Below, piece by piece: positions 9,854 to 19,051 of a stretch of 64,000 nucleotides of DNA. Position 1 is the stretch's first letter. Every line of letters starts with the position of its first letter. The notes under the pieces are model-generated. The model ran no database searches, had not been told where the DNA came from, and saw only the letters and a program-made list of their open reading frames with translations. The stretch comes from Bacilli bacterium. Its GTDB lineage: Bacteria > Bacillota_I > Bacilli_A > RF39 > UBA660. A program made the translations under genes and the position numbers. The DNA lies in the NCBI GenBank assembly GCA_017484205.1, contig JAFUTO010000032.1, positions 77,027-141,026 of the forward strand, in the 5' to 3' direction.

Positions 9854-10732
9854 ATGAAAAAATTTATTAAAGCTTTAATTTTTGTAGGAATTATATATGC
9901 AATTGTTATGTATAGAGCATATATAGTTGAATATGCTGTTAGTTTTTATAATAGTCACAACAAAAATATAGTCACAAATAAATATACAAAAAATCAAAAT
10001 TTTGCATCTTTCCAAAGGACTAGTAACTATACTCCAAAAAATAAACAAGATTTAATTAACCTTATGTATACAATATTAGATAATGGGATGGATAACTTTG
10101 TATTTGCATGTTCAGCAAAATATGAAAACTGCGCTGATGATATGAAAGATATTGCAGAAAACGGGATGTTACAAGTTATAAACAACTATGTACATCCTTA
10201 TAATAGTTATAATGTACTTAATTATAGCATATATATGAATTTAGTTAATGTATCAATTGAAAAACTTTATAGTGAAAATGAAATAGCTTCAATAGACTCT
10301 AAAATAAACTTAATATCTAATTATATAATCACAAGTAACATGTCTGATTATGATAAAATTAGGGCATTTCACGACTATATTATAAACAATACCACTTATG
10401 ATGATTCTATAGATGATTTTGCTTCCCATAGAGCTTATAATGTTGTTATGAATGGAGTTGGAGTATGTGGTGGATATGCAGATACTATGGCTATTTTCTT
10501 AGAAAAGCTTCAAATCAAAAACTTTAAATTATCTAATGAGGAACATATTTGGAATGTATTATATTTTAATAATAACCTATATCATATTGATATGACATGG
10601 GACGATCCTATCACTCCTGATAAAAGTAACATGCTATTACACGATTACTTTATGATAACTAGTAAACAACTAATAGAATTGAATGATGAAAAGCATATAT
10701 TTGATGCAAATTTATACGTAGAATTAAAATAA
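9854..10732 (+). CDS. transglutaminase-like (papain-fold) domain protein, membrane anchored
   Basis: N-terminal TM. Catalytic-triad-like pattern GVCGGYADTMAIFLEKL ... EEHIWNVLYF ... HIDMTWDD is typical of the transglutaminase-core family. Confidence 0.65.
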   Translation: MKKFIKALIFVGIIYAIVMYRAYIVEYAVSFYNSHNKNIVTNKYTKNQNFASFQRTSNYTPKNKQDLINLMYTILDNGMDNFVFACSAKYENCADDMKDIAENGMLQVINNYVHPYNSYNVLNYSIYMNLVNVSIEKLYSENEIASIDSKINLISNYIITSNMSDYDKIRAFHDYIINNTTYDDSIDDFASHRAYNVVMNGVGVCGGYADTMAIFLEKLQIKNFKLSNEEHIWNVLYFNNNLYHIDMTWDDPITPDKSNMLLHDYFMITSKQLIELNDEKHIFDANLYVELK

Positions 10733-11383
10733 ATTTAATAAATCAAGTTCAACATATACGATGGTACCATTATTAGGTGTAGATTCATAAATCATTTTAC
10801 CATTATGTGCATTTATGATTTCTTTTGATAAATATACACCTAATCCAGTACCATCTTTTTTTGTTGTAAAAAATGGTTCTCCTACTTTTAGTAAATCCTT
10901 CTCTTCTATGCCACACCCATTGTCTTTAAAACTAATAATTACTTTATCATTCACTATTTTTGTTTTTATGGATATATATGGTTTTTTTACACCAGTTAAA
11001 GCTTCTTTTGCATTTTTAATTATATTAATAAATAATTCTTTCAATCTTTTATAATCCCCATTTACATATATCTCGTCTTTGTTTTGTTGATATTTTATTT
11101 CTATCCCAGATGTACTTAATATATTCCTATAATTATTTACCACATCATCTAATAAACAATTAATATCCATAATATCTAATTCTATCTTTAACTTACCTAT
11201 ATTTGAGAAGTCCTCTAATAATGCAATAGAGTGATTTAAATTATCTTTGACAAATGGCATATATTTATTATACTTTTCTACACTTCCATCAAATAATGAT
11301 ACATATCCTTTTACAACTGCTAATGTATTTTTTATTTCATGTGATATTCTAAACAATGATTCACTTTCCGTTATAGTGCTCAT
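10724..11383 (-). CDS. orphan cytoplasmic sensor histidine kinase (HisKA + HATPase_c only)
   Basis: H-box SHEIKNTLAVVKGY, N-box NIIKNAKEAL, G1 DNGCGI, G2 GTGLGVYLS. No TM or sensor domain, and no adjacent response regulator. Confidence 0.8.
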   Translation of the reverse strand: MSTITESESLFRISHEIKNTLAVVKGYVSLFDGSVEKYNKYMPFVKDNLNHSIALLEDFSNIGKLKIELDIMDINCLLDDVVNNYRNILSTSGIEIKYQQNKDEIYVNGDYKRLKELFINIIKNAKEALTGVKKPYISIKTKIVNDKVIISFKDNGCGIEEKDLLKVGEPFFTTKKDGTGLGVYLSKEIINAHNGKMIYESTPNNGTIVYVELDLLNLF

Positions 11384-11430
11384 ACAATCATTCCTTTCAA
11401 TTTCATAAACAAGATTGTATCATTATGGAA

Positions 11431-11457
11431 TGTCGAATATTGTCGAATTATGTCTTA
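11431..11457. promoter_or_regulatory. three 10-bp-phased TGTC(GAA) repeats resembling Spo0A boxes, upstream of the orphan kinase
   Basis: TGTCGAATAT TGTCGAATTA TGTCTTA. The first two match the 0A-box consensus TGTCGAA exactly. They lie 48-74 bp upstream of the kinase start. Confidence 0.35.
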
Positions 11458-11471
11458 TTATAGAATTTTTT

Positions 11472-11499
11472 AACAAAAAAAGTGAACTTAATCACTTTA
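11472..11499 (-). terminator. intrinsic terminator of the EIIB-like gene
   Basis: Minus strand AAGTGA-ttaag-TCACTT followed by TTTTTT; overlaps the stop codon. Confidence 0.6.
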
Positions 11500-11806
11500 A
11501 ATCGTCAATATATTTTTTTAATTGTTTGGCCTCGTCACCAAATATGATTTTTAATTCATTATCGATTTCAACAATACCTTGAGCTCCCATTTTTTGAATT
11601 GAATCTTTATTAACTATTGAAGGGTCTTTAACTTCTACCAAAAACCTTGATACATTAACCTCATATTTGACAATATTATTTTTACCACCTAAATATTCCA
11701 CTAACTTGTTAGCTTCCATTTTATAATCTTTTTTATGTGATTTAACAATCGCCAAAGCAACTAATATTAATACTAAAGCTATTATTATATATTGTACAAT
11801 TTCCAT
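11492..11806 (-). CDS. membrane-anchored PTS EIIB-like domain protein lacking the phospho-cysteine
   Basis: LVEYLGGKNNIVKYEVNVSRFLVEVKDPSIVNKDSIQKMGAQGIVEIDNELKIIFG aligns to the glucose-family EIIB (GG..NI....HCATRLR..v.D). Asn occupies the Cys position. Single N-terminal TM. Confidence 0.55.
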   Translation of the reverse strand: MEIVQYIIIALVLILVALAIVKSHKKDYKMEANKLVEYLGGKNNIVKYEVNVSRFLVEVKDPSIVNKDSIQKMGAQGIVEIDNELKIIFGDEAKQLKKYIDDLK

Positions 11807-11902
11807 ACTATCACCTATTTAATTATACTATATTTTTTAAAAAATTAATATATTTTATTATATAAAGATATATTTTTGAGTATATTATAAAAAGGTGGAA
11901 CT

Positions 11903-13027
11903 ATGAATTTGAATAAAATTAAAAATAATAAATCTATTATTTTTCTTGTTTTGCTTATGTTTTTTATAAGTATTTTTTCTATTAAAAGTGCTTCTATACT
12001 ATTAAATTACGAAGAAAATATAATGATTAAGCAAGTAATATGGTATATTATTGGATTTATATTTACATATACCATTACTATCATTGGAAATAAAAAAATA
12101 TATAAAAAAGTATGGATTTTATATACAATTGGAGTTATTTTACTCGCTGGATTACTTGTATTTGCGGAACCAATAAATAATTCTAGATGTTGGTTTAATA
12201 TAGGTGGAGTTATTACTATTCAACCAAGTGAATTTATGAAAATAATTCTTATAATTACATTAGGAACTATGATAGATAAGTTTAATATTAAATATAAAAA
12301 TCATACATTAAAAGATGAGTTTTTATTCCTACTCAAAATTGGTATCATTGTTATAATACCATCTATTTTAACTTTTTTAGAGCCTGATACAGGCGTTGTA
12401 CTTATATATCTCGTAATAATGATTACAATGTTACTTGTTTCGGGCATCAGATATAGATGGTTTATTATTTTTTTTGGAATTATTATTATCGGATTAACAA
12501 CTATATGTATAATATATAAAACTAATAATGATTTCTTTATAAATATATTTGGTCCGAGTTTTTTTCTAAGAATGGATAGATTGTTTGACTGGTCTAATAA
12601 AAACGGATATCAACTAAATAATGGTTTAGCTGCTATAGGTGCAGGAGGAATTTTGGGATTTGGTTTTAACCATACACCAATATATTTTCCTGAAGCAGAC
12701 ACGGATTTTATCTTCGCTGTTTTTGCATCCAATAAAGGATTCCTTGGAGGGTTATTGTTAATAATAATCACCACTATATTTGATTTAAAACTTATTAAAA
12801 TAGCAAAGATGAGTAAAAATAAATTAGATTCATATATTTTAGCAGGAATAATTGGAATGCTTTTGTATGGACAATTCCAAAATATAGGTATGACTTTAGG
12901 AATTATGCCTATAACAGGAATAACACTACCTTTTATAAGTTATGGAGGTTCTAGTTTAATAAGTTATATGATTATTCTTGGCATAATCATTAACATAAAC
13001 AACAATAGTTTAAAAATTAAAAAATAG
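11903..13027 (+). CDS. FtsW/RodA/SpoVE (SEDS) family peptidoglycan polymerase
   Basis: Ten-TM profile. QPSEFMKI, PDTG and GITLPFISYGGSS are SEDS signatures. Confidence 0.9.
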   Translation: MNLNKIKNNKSIIFLVLLMFFISIFSIKSASILLNYEENIMIKQVIWYIIGFIFTYTITIIGNKKIYKKVWILYTIGVILLAGLLVFAEPINNSRCWFNIGGVITIQPSEFMKIILIITLGTMIDKFNIKYKNHTLKDEFLFLLKIGIIVIIPSILTFLEPDTGVVLIYLVIMITMLLVSGIRYRWFIIFFGIIIIGLTTICIIYKTNNDFFINIFGPSFFLRMDRLFDWSNKNGYQLNNGLAAIGAGGILGFGFNHTPIYFPEADTDFIFAVFASNKGFLGGLLLIIITTIFDLKLIKIAKMSKNKLDSYILAGIIGMLLYGQFQNIGMTLGIMPITGITLPFISYGGSSLISYMIILGIIININNNSLKIKK

Positions 13028-13038
13028 TGATTTTTTCA

Positions 13039-13407
13039 CTATTTTTCTATACATTCATTATTATATTTCAATATAAATTCCCCATTTTGGTAATTAACCT
13101 CAATAATATCATCACGCATATCATTTATGACATTATCAGGTATTTCTCCAGAATTTACTAAATCTTCTTTAGTAATACAATAAGTTGATCCTTCAATTTT
13201 ATAATAATAATTTGAATGATTGTTTAAATACTCTATAATTGTATATGTTTCAATTTCGCCTTTAAACCTTGAAAATTGTTTTATTATATTTTTAACATCA
13301 AAATGTCCTAATCCTAAAATAATAAGGTAAGTAACAATAATTATGGTAACTAATATTTTCAATACCATTTCAAAATCAATATTATTCACATGTGTACGAA
13401 AATTCAT
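13039..13407 (-). CDS. hypothetical single-TM protein downstream of the pseudopilin genes
   Basis: ORF track; TM LKILVTIIIVTYLIILGL; overlaps the upstream pilin gene end. Confidence 0.35.
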   Translation of the reverse strand: MNFRTHVNNIDFEMVLKILVTIIIVTYLIILGLGHFDVKNIIKQFSRFKGEIETYTIIEYLNNHSNYYYKIEGSTYCITKEDLVNSGEIPDNVINDMRDDIIEVNYQNGEFILKYNNECIEK

Positions 13408-13735
13408 AATTCATTACACCATTTGTTATATTAACTTTTACACATGAGTTGTTAGTTACACTTTCATTATTTTGACTTTCAATAAAAGTAGAATTTATTT
13501 TATTGTTTTCAATTAATGTCTTAACTGTTACTGTATAGTTTCCATTAGCAGGTAAAATAAAATTTTCATTTAAATATTCTTCAGATGCTGAAAATAGTAT
13601 TTTTTCTGTTGCTGAATCAATATTACCGTTTGTATTTTCAACCATTTTAATTATTGATATAGATAAAATCGTAGCTATAACTGCCAATATAACAATAACA
13701 CCTAGTAATTCAATTAAAGTAAATCCCTTTTTCAT
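13382..13735 (-). CDS. type IV pilin/pseudopilin (prepilin N-terminal cleavage/methylation domain)
   Basis: MKKGFTLIELLGVIVILAVIA is the class III signal (G/FTLIE); start moved to this Met. Confidence 0.75.
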   Translation of the reverse strand: MKKGFTLIELLGVIVILAVIATILSISIIKMVENTNGNIDSATEKILFSASEEYLNENFILPANGNYTVTVKTLIENNKINSTFIESQNNESVTNNSCVKVNITNGVMNYEFSYTCE

Positions 13736-13736
13736 A

Positions 13737-14081
13737 TTACCCCTCCACACAAGTTTGTTCTATATCAAATTGATATCTATTAGATCCATATGAAGCCATC
13801 ACACAATATTCACTAAATTTATCCATAATACTTTCGTCTAATAATTCTTCATCTACTAATGTGCGTAACTTAATATGGTGAGTACTATTATCATTGAATT
13901 TTTTAGGATTATTTTGAACATAGAGATTAGCAGCTGCATATACAGTTTCATATAATTGCTTATCCATCTTTTCTCCATTATTATTTATATTATTCATAAT
14001 AGTTGGTACAGAAATAGCTATGATTGCACCTAATAAAGCTATAACTGCAAGTAATTCAATTAAAGTAAATCCTTTTTTCAT
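13737..14081 (-). CDS. type IV pilin/pseudopilin (prepilin N-terminal cleavage/methylation domain)
   Basis: MKKGFTLIELLAVIALLGAI is a class III signal; start moved to this Met. Confidence 0.75.
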   Translation of the reverse strand: MKKGFTLIELLAVIALLGAIIAISVPTIMNNINNNGEKMDKQLYETVYAAANLYVQNNPKKFNDNSTHHIKLRTLVDEELLDESIMDKFSEYCVMASYGSNRYQFDIEQTCVEG

Positions 14082-14126
14082 ATTATCACCTATATTAATT
14101 ATACCAACACAAAACAAAAAAAACAA

Positions 14127-14318
14127 CTATGCAGCTGTTTCTTCTTTAGTTTTAATTACTTCTTTTCCTTTATATGATCCACATTTTGGACATACTCTAT
14201 GTGGTCTAATTGCTTCTCCACATTTTGGACAAGTTGTAGTTCCATTAGCCTCAATTTTGTAATGAGTTCTACGCATTCTTCCACTAGTTTTACTTACTTT
14301 TCTAAATGGTACTGCCAT
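14127..14318 (-). CDS. rpmF: 50S ribosomal protein L32
   Basis: [22 protein letters not shown]...[25 protein letters not shown] is canonical L32 with a zinc ribbon. Confidence 0.9.
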   Translation of the reverse strand: MAVPFRKVSKTSGRMRRTHYKIEANGTTTCPKCGEAIRPHRVCPKCGSYKGKEVIKTKEETAA

Positions 14319-14335
14319 CTAAAACACCTCTTTTC

Positions 14336-14815
14336 TTATAATAAGTCCTTAAGTTTTGCTAACTCAGGGTTTTCTCTTTTTTCTTCCTCTTTTATCAATT
14401 TCCAACCATCACCAGATAATTCAATATCTTTGGCATCAGGTGAAACAACCTTTGATGGAATTTCCATTAATATATTTTCCCATATTATCGGCAAAATATC
14501 AAGACTATTTTCTATTTTTTTGTCAATTTCTTCTAAATCTTCTAACATTTCTTCAAGATTTCCATCAACATTTATATCAAATGGATAATCTACTGGTACT
14601 AAAGTTAATGAACAAGGTAACACCATTATTCCTTTAATTTCTAGATTTATAATTAAATTATTTAAATTATTCTTAGTTATATTACCTTTTATAGATACAT
14701 TATCAAGGTTAATTATATCTGTTCCCTTTAACTCTTCCTTATCAAAAGAATATGTCTTATCAATAAGAATTTCTTTATCAATATTATTTAATAATCTTTT
14801 TAAATCAAATTCCAT
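14336..14815 (-). CDS. yceD: YceD/DUF177 family protein
   Basis: Conserved position upstream of rpmF; LPCSLTLVPVDYPF and the acidic C-terminal half are typical of DUF177. Confidence 0.75.
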   Translation of the reverse strand: MEFDLKRLLNNIDKEILIDKTYSFDKEELKGTDIINLDNVSIKGNITKNNLNNLIINLEIKGIMVLPCSLTLVPVDYPFDINVDGNLEEMLEDLEEIDKKIENSLDILPIIWENILMEIPSKVVSPDAKDIELSGDGWKLIKEEEKRENPELAKLKDLL

Positions 14816-14851
14816 AATATCACCAGCACGATAATTATATATTAAATTTAC

Positions 14852-15655
14852 TTATTTTGCAAGTAATAATTTATTTATTTCAACTTTAGGATCAGAATAT
14901 TCTAAATAGTAGCATTCAAGATTTATATTATATTTTTTTAGTTGACTTAAGAATTTTTTAAGATAGTAGTTTGAACACATCATTTTTTCAGGAATTATTA
15001 TAGTTGGAATTATATTATATGTATCATTTGCATTATAATTCCCCCATTCTTCAGTAAATGATCTTATAAAGTATTTGTTACTATTTTCTTCTTTTTTCAT
15101 TATGCAAAAGTAATATGTTAATATTTCTGTAATAGGGCTTAATAATGTTTCATTAGAATCAATATCTTTTAATTCACATATAAATATATTATTACTTTTA
15201 TTAAATATAATATCTATTTTTTCAGAAGCACCTTCTCTTCCCTTTTCTCTAGTAATTGGAGATTGATAATATCTAGCATAGCCTAAATCATTATGTTCTT
15301 TCTTTTCATATTTTTCAAATATTCTAGCTTCACATTTTCTTTCGCCAGGGCCCATTTCATCTGCTTTTTTTCTTGTTTCTTCTTCACCGCGATATTGTTT
15401 TATACCATCTATCTCTTTCCCCGTATTACTTTTATTTTTTTTAGCTGCTAGATCTTCTTCATAAAGGCCAGTGCCATCATCAATAATTTGTTTTACATAA
15501 GCAGCAAAGTATTCATCATTGGAAACTAATTCTTTTATTTTTTCACTTTCACTTATTTTTTTATCTTTTTTTAACAAATAGCATCCATGATCTTTATATA
15601 AATATTTATGTTCTTCAAAATTTCTACCTCTATTAACTAAGTCTTTATATTCCAT
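14852..15655 (-). CDS. hypothetical protein with PD-(D/E)xK nuclease-like core (island gene 5)
   Basis: EKIDIIFNKSNNIFICELKDIDSNETLLSPITEILTYY fits the D...(E)xK pattern of the NucS/DUF91-type restriction-endonuclease fold. The N-terminal half is charged, with no recognisable domain. Confidence 0.4.
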   Translation of the reverse strand: MEYKDLVNRGRNFEEHKYLYKDHGCYLLKKDKKISESEKIKELVSNDEYFAAYVKQIIDDGTGLYEEDLAAKKNKSNTGKEIDGIKQYRGEEETRKKADEMGPGERKCEARIFEKYEKKEHNDLGYARYYQSPITREKGREGASEKIDIIFNKSNNIFICELKDIDSNETLLSPITEILTYYFCIMKKEENSNKYFIRSFTEEWGNYNANDTYNIIPTIIIPEKMMCSNYYLKKFLSQLKKYNINLECYYLEYSDPKVEINKLLLAK

Positions 15656-15664
15656 AATTTCCTC

Positions 15665-16849
15665 CTATAAATTTATTATATCATAATCTTTTATTTCTAA
15701 TATATTATCAAAGATATTTTTATTACTACTGTCTGTGTGTATTATTAAAGTTTTTTTAGGCTTTACCATTTTATTTAATAATTTCATGGCATCTATATCT
15801 GCATGACCTGATGTATGCAAACTAAATATATCTATATTATTATTTTTTATAAACTCTAGAAACTCGATTGTATTTTCTTCATTTTTATATCCATCCCACA
15901 TCGAATATATTAAGCATGCTTTATCAATTAGATTTTTATTTTTTAATAGTTTTATGTCTTCTATCATAGATGTTTTTACTTCCATTGCATATTTCTTGCC
16001 AAACTTAGAACTAGTTTTAATATTTAAATAATTATTTTTAAATTCTCTACTTTTATATTTGTATAAAATAGGTTTCCATACAAATATACTTTTATAGTCT
16101 ATAATAATATTTAAATTCAGTATTTCATTTAAATGATATGTAAAAGGTGTCATAATATATTTTTTATTAGTTTTTAAAGAAGCTTTAATTAATGATATAG
16201 TCCTATCAATATTAGTAGTGGAGCTTAAAAAAAATACTTGATTATATTTTTTCATAATATCAGCTAAATCATTTTCTAATACATATTCAGATTTATATTT
16301 TTCACTGCTTCTAGATAAAGATGTTCCCTCTGTAATAAGTAAATCCACACTTCCAACTTTTTCTAGTGTTTTTCTAAAAAGGCATCCTTTTCTCCCGTGA
16401 TTCCTATAATCACCAGTATGTAATATTTTTTTGTCTTCAGCCTCTATTAGAAACATGCATGAATTATAAGCAGAATGATCTACTAAATAAGGTGTAATAG
16501 TCATACCCTTAACTTTAATCTTTTCTTCAAATTTGAATGTCCTAACACTTCGATTAATTTTTTGCCTATTACAAAAATCACATGTTAATTTATATATAAG
16601 TAATGACTTTTCTTCTACATAGACATCTATATCATTATTAATTGTATTTATTAGGCCTATATGATCTATATGACTATGGGTAATAAACACTGCATCATAA
16701 ATACTCTTGCCTTTATTGAGACCTTCTAATTCAAATTCACCACCATCTAGGTCTTCACCAAAATCTACGATTATTTTACTTTTTTTACTTGTTATTTCAG
16801 TTATACAACCACCTATTTGTTTAGTTCCTTTAATTATTCTTACTTCCAT
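15665..16849 (-). CDS. metallo-beta-lactamase fold, beta-CASP/RNase J-like nuclease (island gene 4)
   Basis: IGGCITEI...IIVDFGED, HxHxDH (ITHSHIDHIG), VDHSAY, HTGDYR, LITEGT and HTSGHA match MBL motifs 1-4 plus beta-CASP-type motifs. Start moved to MEVRIIKG (AGGA 7 nt upstream). Confidence 0.65.
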   Translation of the reverse strand: MEVRIIKGTKQIGGCITEITSKKSKIIVDFGEDLDGGEFELEGLNKGKSIYDAVFITHSHIDHIGLINTINNDIDVYVEEKSLLIYKLTCDFCNRQKINRSVRTFKFEEKIKVKGMTITPYLVDHSAYNSCMFLIEAEDKKILHTGDYRNHGRKGCLFRKTLEKVGSVDLLITEGTSLSRSSEKYKSEYVLENDLADIMKKYNQVFFLSSTTNIDRTISLIKASLKTNKKYIMTPFTYHLNEILNLNIIIDYKSIFVWKPILYKYKSREFKNNYLNIKTSSKFGKKYAMEVKTSMIEDIKLLKNKNLIDKACLIYSMWDGYKNEENTIEFLEFIKNNNIDIFSLHTSGHADIDAMKLLNKMVKPKKTLIIHTDSSNKNIFDNILEIKDYDIINL

Positions 16850-18497
16850 TATTAATCCTTTCATAATACAAATATAAATTTCTAATTTTATTTATTATAT
16901 TAGCTTTAGGTATGAAATTCATATCCAAACTATTAATTACCAAATAAATGCTTACTTCATCTATTATGTCTTTTAATTTATTATAAACATCATCTAGTAT
17001 AACCATATGATATTTATCAGCATATGCTTTAACTAATTCATCCATATTAAGATTAGATATATCTGATAAATCTTCGCCTTCTCTTAACACATTTAACACA
17101 TCTATATTATTGTAAAATTTATGTTTATCTATATCTTTTATATTCTCATTAGGTAATATATTTATCTTAATCATATCACTTAAGTCATGATAATCTATCA
17201 ATGTGCCATGATTATTTAAAGCAGTATAGTTTAAATAATTATCTGGTATAACTAAAAAGCTATTATATAAAGTATCATTATATACTGGTATGTCTATTAT
17301 ATATTTAGCTATTAATTCTTTATCATTATTTGAAAGTTTTATTTTATTTAATATTTCATAATGTCTTATTATCCTATATGCATCTTGAATATTTACCTTA
17401 TGCCCATAATTACATTTAACTAAATTATAGTTTTCCACCATATAGAAAAATAATTTTTTAAAATAAAAATTATCATTAACTTTTAAAACTAGATTAGGAA
17501 TTTTGCTAAAGAATAATTCATAAGGCAAATTATAAGGATCAATATTTGTTATACCTAAGACGAATGCAACTAATGAATTATTAATATAATCATCTATTTC
17601 ATAATATTCATTGTTATCTTTTAGAAAATTAGTAATATTAATTAGCATTTCATAAAAATAAGTATAATTTAACTCTTTTATTAAACTTAATTCTTCCTTT
17701 AATCTATTAATGGTTTTTTCACTCGGATTTTTGTATTTTTCTTTAAATTTTTCATATACTAATTTTTCTAAATAATCGTAATTGCCTTTATAATTAAAAT
17801 CATGATTAGTATCAATATAGTCAATCATATTCAATAACTTATTAGAATTATTAATTACTATTTTTTCATCATTAAAAATTTTTAATGTCTCTAATGTATC
17901 CATATAACATCTAATCTCTGGATTAGTTTTAATATGTCTATAGTAATTAATTACTTTTTTAGCTAATAATTCATCACTATTTAAAGCATTAGGTACATTA
18001 GAATATACGACTAATTTATTTTTAAAGTCAATATCTAACTTTTTATTAATTTCAATATAATCAAATATTGATAAATCAATGTCAATATCTTCATCATTTA
18101 AAATAAAACCTATAATTAGATTATTCCTTAAATTAATTATTTCATCAAGTGGAATTTTTTTATTATATATATTTGTATAAATATCCAATATTTTATTTAA
18201 ATTATATACACCATCATTATTTTTAAGTATTAAGTTTATTTCATACTCCTTATTGTCTATGATAGTAGTTATTTCTACACCATAACCTATTTTATATTTT
18301 TTAAATCTATCATCTTTATTACATAATTCTTTATATATATTTTCTATCTTATAAAAAGAATAATTAGTATCTTTATCAATAAAAATTATCCCTTTCTCAT
18401 TATTTTCTAATGAGTCCATTATAATTGTCTCTACATCAATTGTAGATTCATAGTCAAAACTATATTTTGTTTTTGCATGTACTTCTACTTTATTCAT
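16830..18497 (-). CDS. decayed DNA polymerase III alpha (DnaE/PolC) N-terminal-like protein: degenerate PHP domain (island gene 3)
   Basis: VEVHAKTKYSFDYES compares with PHP motif I (veLHlHTkyS.lDG; second His is Lys here). IIFIDKDTNYS compares with aiTDHgn. INRLKEELSLIKELNYTYFYEML...NNSLVAFVLGITNIDPYNLPYELFFS compares with RL..EL..I...gf..YFLiv...GSLVAY.LGIT.iDPl.y.LlFERF. The PDIDID catalytic site is replaced by PNLVLKVN. Only 555 aa. Confidence 0.5.
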   Translation of the reverse strand: MNKVEVHAKTKYSFDYESTIDVETIIMDSLENNEKGIIFIDKDTNYSFYKIENIYKELCNKDDRFKKYKIGYGVEITTIIDNKEYEINLILKNNDGVYNLNKILDIYTNIYNKKIPLDEIINLRNNLIIGFILNDEDIDIDLSIFDYIEINKKLDIDFKNKLVVYSNVPNALNSDELLAKKVINYYRHIKTNPEIRCYMDTLETLKIFNDEKIVINNSNKLLNMIDYIDTNHDFNYKGNYDYLEKLVYEKFKEKYKNPSEKTINRLKEELSLIKELNYTYFYEMLINITNFLKDNNEYYEIDDYINNSLVAFVLGITNIDPYNLPYELFFSKIPNLVLKVNDNFYFKKLFFYMVENYNLVKCNYGHKVNIQDAYRIIRHYEILNKIKLSNNDKELIAKYIIDIPVYNDTLYNSFLVIPDNYLNYTALNNHGTLIDYHDLSDMIKINILPNENIKDIDKHKFYNNIDVLNVLREGEDLSDISNLNMDELVKAYADKYHMVILDDVYNKLKDIIDEVSIYLVINSLDMNFIPKANIINKIRNLYLYYERINNGSKNN

Positions 18498-18500
18498 AAA

Positions 18501-18881
18501 TTATCTCCATTCTATTATATATTTATTTCCTTCTACCCTACTTTTTTGAAGTGGATTTTTGAAATCTTTTCTAGGTACATATGGTGGTATAAAATTTGAT
18601 TCTGCGTCTGTTCTAAACACTAAATCAATACTCCATATACCTTCTTCACCATTTAGTGTATCAATCATTAAATTATTAAAATTAGAATAATTCTTTTTTA
18701 AATAATCTAAATCTAATTCTATATATAAATACTTCATTTCAAAACCATTACCATATATTTGATATTTAACACCAAATGGAATATATCTATATGAATAGAT
18801 ATATTTACCGGGGATAATGATATATTCATAATCCCATTCAATTTTAATATACTTTATAGATTTACTTTTAATATATTTCAT
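18501..18881 (-). CDS. hypothetical 126-aa protein (island gene 2, first gene of the 4-gene operon)
   Basis: ORF track; AGGAGGGA SD 7 nt before the ATG; ends 3 nt before the next gene. Confidence 0.45.
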   Translation of the reverse strand: MKYIKSKSIKYIKIEWDYEYIIIPGKYIYSYRYIPFGVKYQIYGNGFEMKYLYIELDLDYLKKNYSNFNNLMIDTLNGEEGIWSIDLVFRTDAESNFIPPYVPRKDFKNPLQKSRVEGNKYIIEWR

Positions 18882-18998
18882 AATATCCCTCCTTTGTTAT
18901 ATGAAATAAAATTAATAATTATTAAATTGTCAAAGAACAAGATGGTATCTCCATCTGATATACACTATATCATATGTTTTTTTACTTTTTTTTAAACG

Positions 18999-19026
18999 AC
19001 AAAAAAATATAAGAGTAACTCTTATA
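18999..19026 (-). terminator. intrinsic terminator after the HTH gene
   Basis: Palindrome ATAAGAGT-a-ACTCTTAT (19009-19025), followed on the minus strand by a T7 run. Confidence 0.55.
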
Positions 19027-19051
19027 TTTGAACGCATACACCTATTTTCAA

